This document shows, one piece after another, positions 63,412-64,000 of a stretch of 64,000 nucleotides of DNA; positions within the stretch are counted from its first letter, which is position 1, and every line of letters begins with the position of its first letter. The translations under genes were made by a program, and so were the position numbers. Origin of the DNA: an uncultured Methylomirabilota bacterium (GTDB taxonomy: Bacteria > Methylomirabilota > Methylomirabilia > Methylomirabilales > 2-02-FULL-66-22). The notes beneath the pieces were generated by a model. That model was given only the letters and a program-made list of their open reading frames with translations, was not told where the DNA came from and searched no databases. The stretch spans positions 928,001 through 992,000 of the forward strand of contig CAWJSJ010000005.1 of NCBI GenBank assembly GCA_963845565.1, written 5' to 3'.

Positions 63412-64000
63412 ATGGCAACGCGCGTGGATGTGCCGCAGCTTGGACTGACAATGGAGACGGGTACCATCCTGCAGTGGGTGAAGGCCGAGGGCGAGACGGT
63501 CGAGAAAGGGCAGCCGGTTGTCGTGATTCAAACCGACAAGGTGGAGTACGAGGTGGAAGCGCCCGTGGCGGGGACGGTCCTGAAGATCGCTGCCCGAGAG
63601 GGGGAGGAGCTTCCGGTCGGGAGCCTGATGTGCGTCATCGGGGCTCCCGGCGAGGATCTCACGGAGCTGCTCGGGGCAGGGGTAGCGGCGAAGCCTGGAG
63701 CCCAAGCTCCGGTCGGCGAGGCGCCTCGGTCAGGCTCTTCCCAGTTGACCAATCAACCGGTTGACCAGTCGACTCCTCAGGCGCCGGTGCGTGCGCCGGG
63801 AGAGCGCGTGAAGGTGTCGCCGGTGGCCAAGAAGCTGGCCCAGGAGCACGGGATCGACGTCGGGACGCTGCGCGGCACCGGCCCCGAGGGCCGCATCGTG
63901 CGCGAGGATGTGGAGCGGGCGATTGCCGCGATGAGCCGCGAGCCGCGAGCAGCGAGCGGCGAGGGGAAGACGGCGACGCCGGAAAGTATTCCGCTGAGCG
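63412..64000 (+). CDS. Dihydrolipoamide acyltransferase E2 (5' part; runs off window)
   Basis: MATRVDVPQLGLTMETGTI..QTDKVEYEVEAP lipoyl domain; SPVAKKLAQEHGID..GTGPEGRI E3-binding domain. Confidence 0.92.
   Translation, partial: MATRVDVPQLGLTMETGTILQWVKAEGETVEKGQPVVVIQTDKVEYEVEAPVAGTVLKIAAREGEELPVGSLMCVIGAPGEDLTELLGAGVAAKPGAQAPVGEAPRSGSSQLTNQPVDQSTPQAPVRAPGERVKVSPVAKKLAQEHGIDVGTLRGTGPEGRIVREDVERAIAAMSREPRAASGEGKTATPESIPLS

Overview
GC-rich bacterial chromosomal window; the gene set is compatible with an NC10/Methylomirabilota- or deltaproteobacteria-like organism, but taxonomy is not established. 1-27 kb is mostly minus-strand housekeeping: rlmI-like methyltransferase, ald, split glutaminase+nadE, priA, UDG, coaBC, thiD, Slt-type transglycosylase, mtnA, yajC-tgt-queA, ruvCAB, yebC. 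27-36 kb is a glycerol/glycerophosphodiester operon (glpP-glpD-glpQ-ugpBAE-phosphoesterase-glpK) behind a terminator-type leader. 36.3-39.8 kb is an accessory island with a tandem cluster of ORF6N genes/fragments and a Fic gene; the Fic gene is bracketed by two orphan single-spacer type I-C-like CRISPR mini-arrays, and no cas genes are present in the window. Then follow three hemerythrin genes, an ABC transporter whose leader resembles the glpP leader, an hpnO-like/hpnL-like/sulfotransferase/cysD/cysNC operon, a class D beta-lactamase with degenerate attC-like flanks, and a FadR regulator with a 2-oxoacid/acetoin dehydrogenase operon. Two families of tripartite MITE/REP-like elements (11 and 3 copies) often abut stop codons. 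Short 7-9 bp tandem-repeat hairpins occur between and inside genes. Four genes carry 1-nt frame breaks that may be real or sequencing errors. All product calls come from motif recognition by eye, not database searches.
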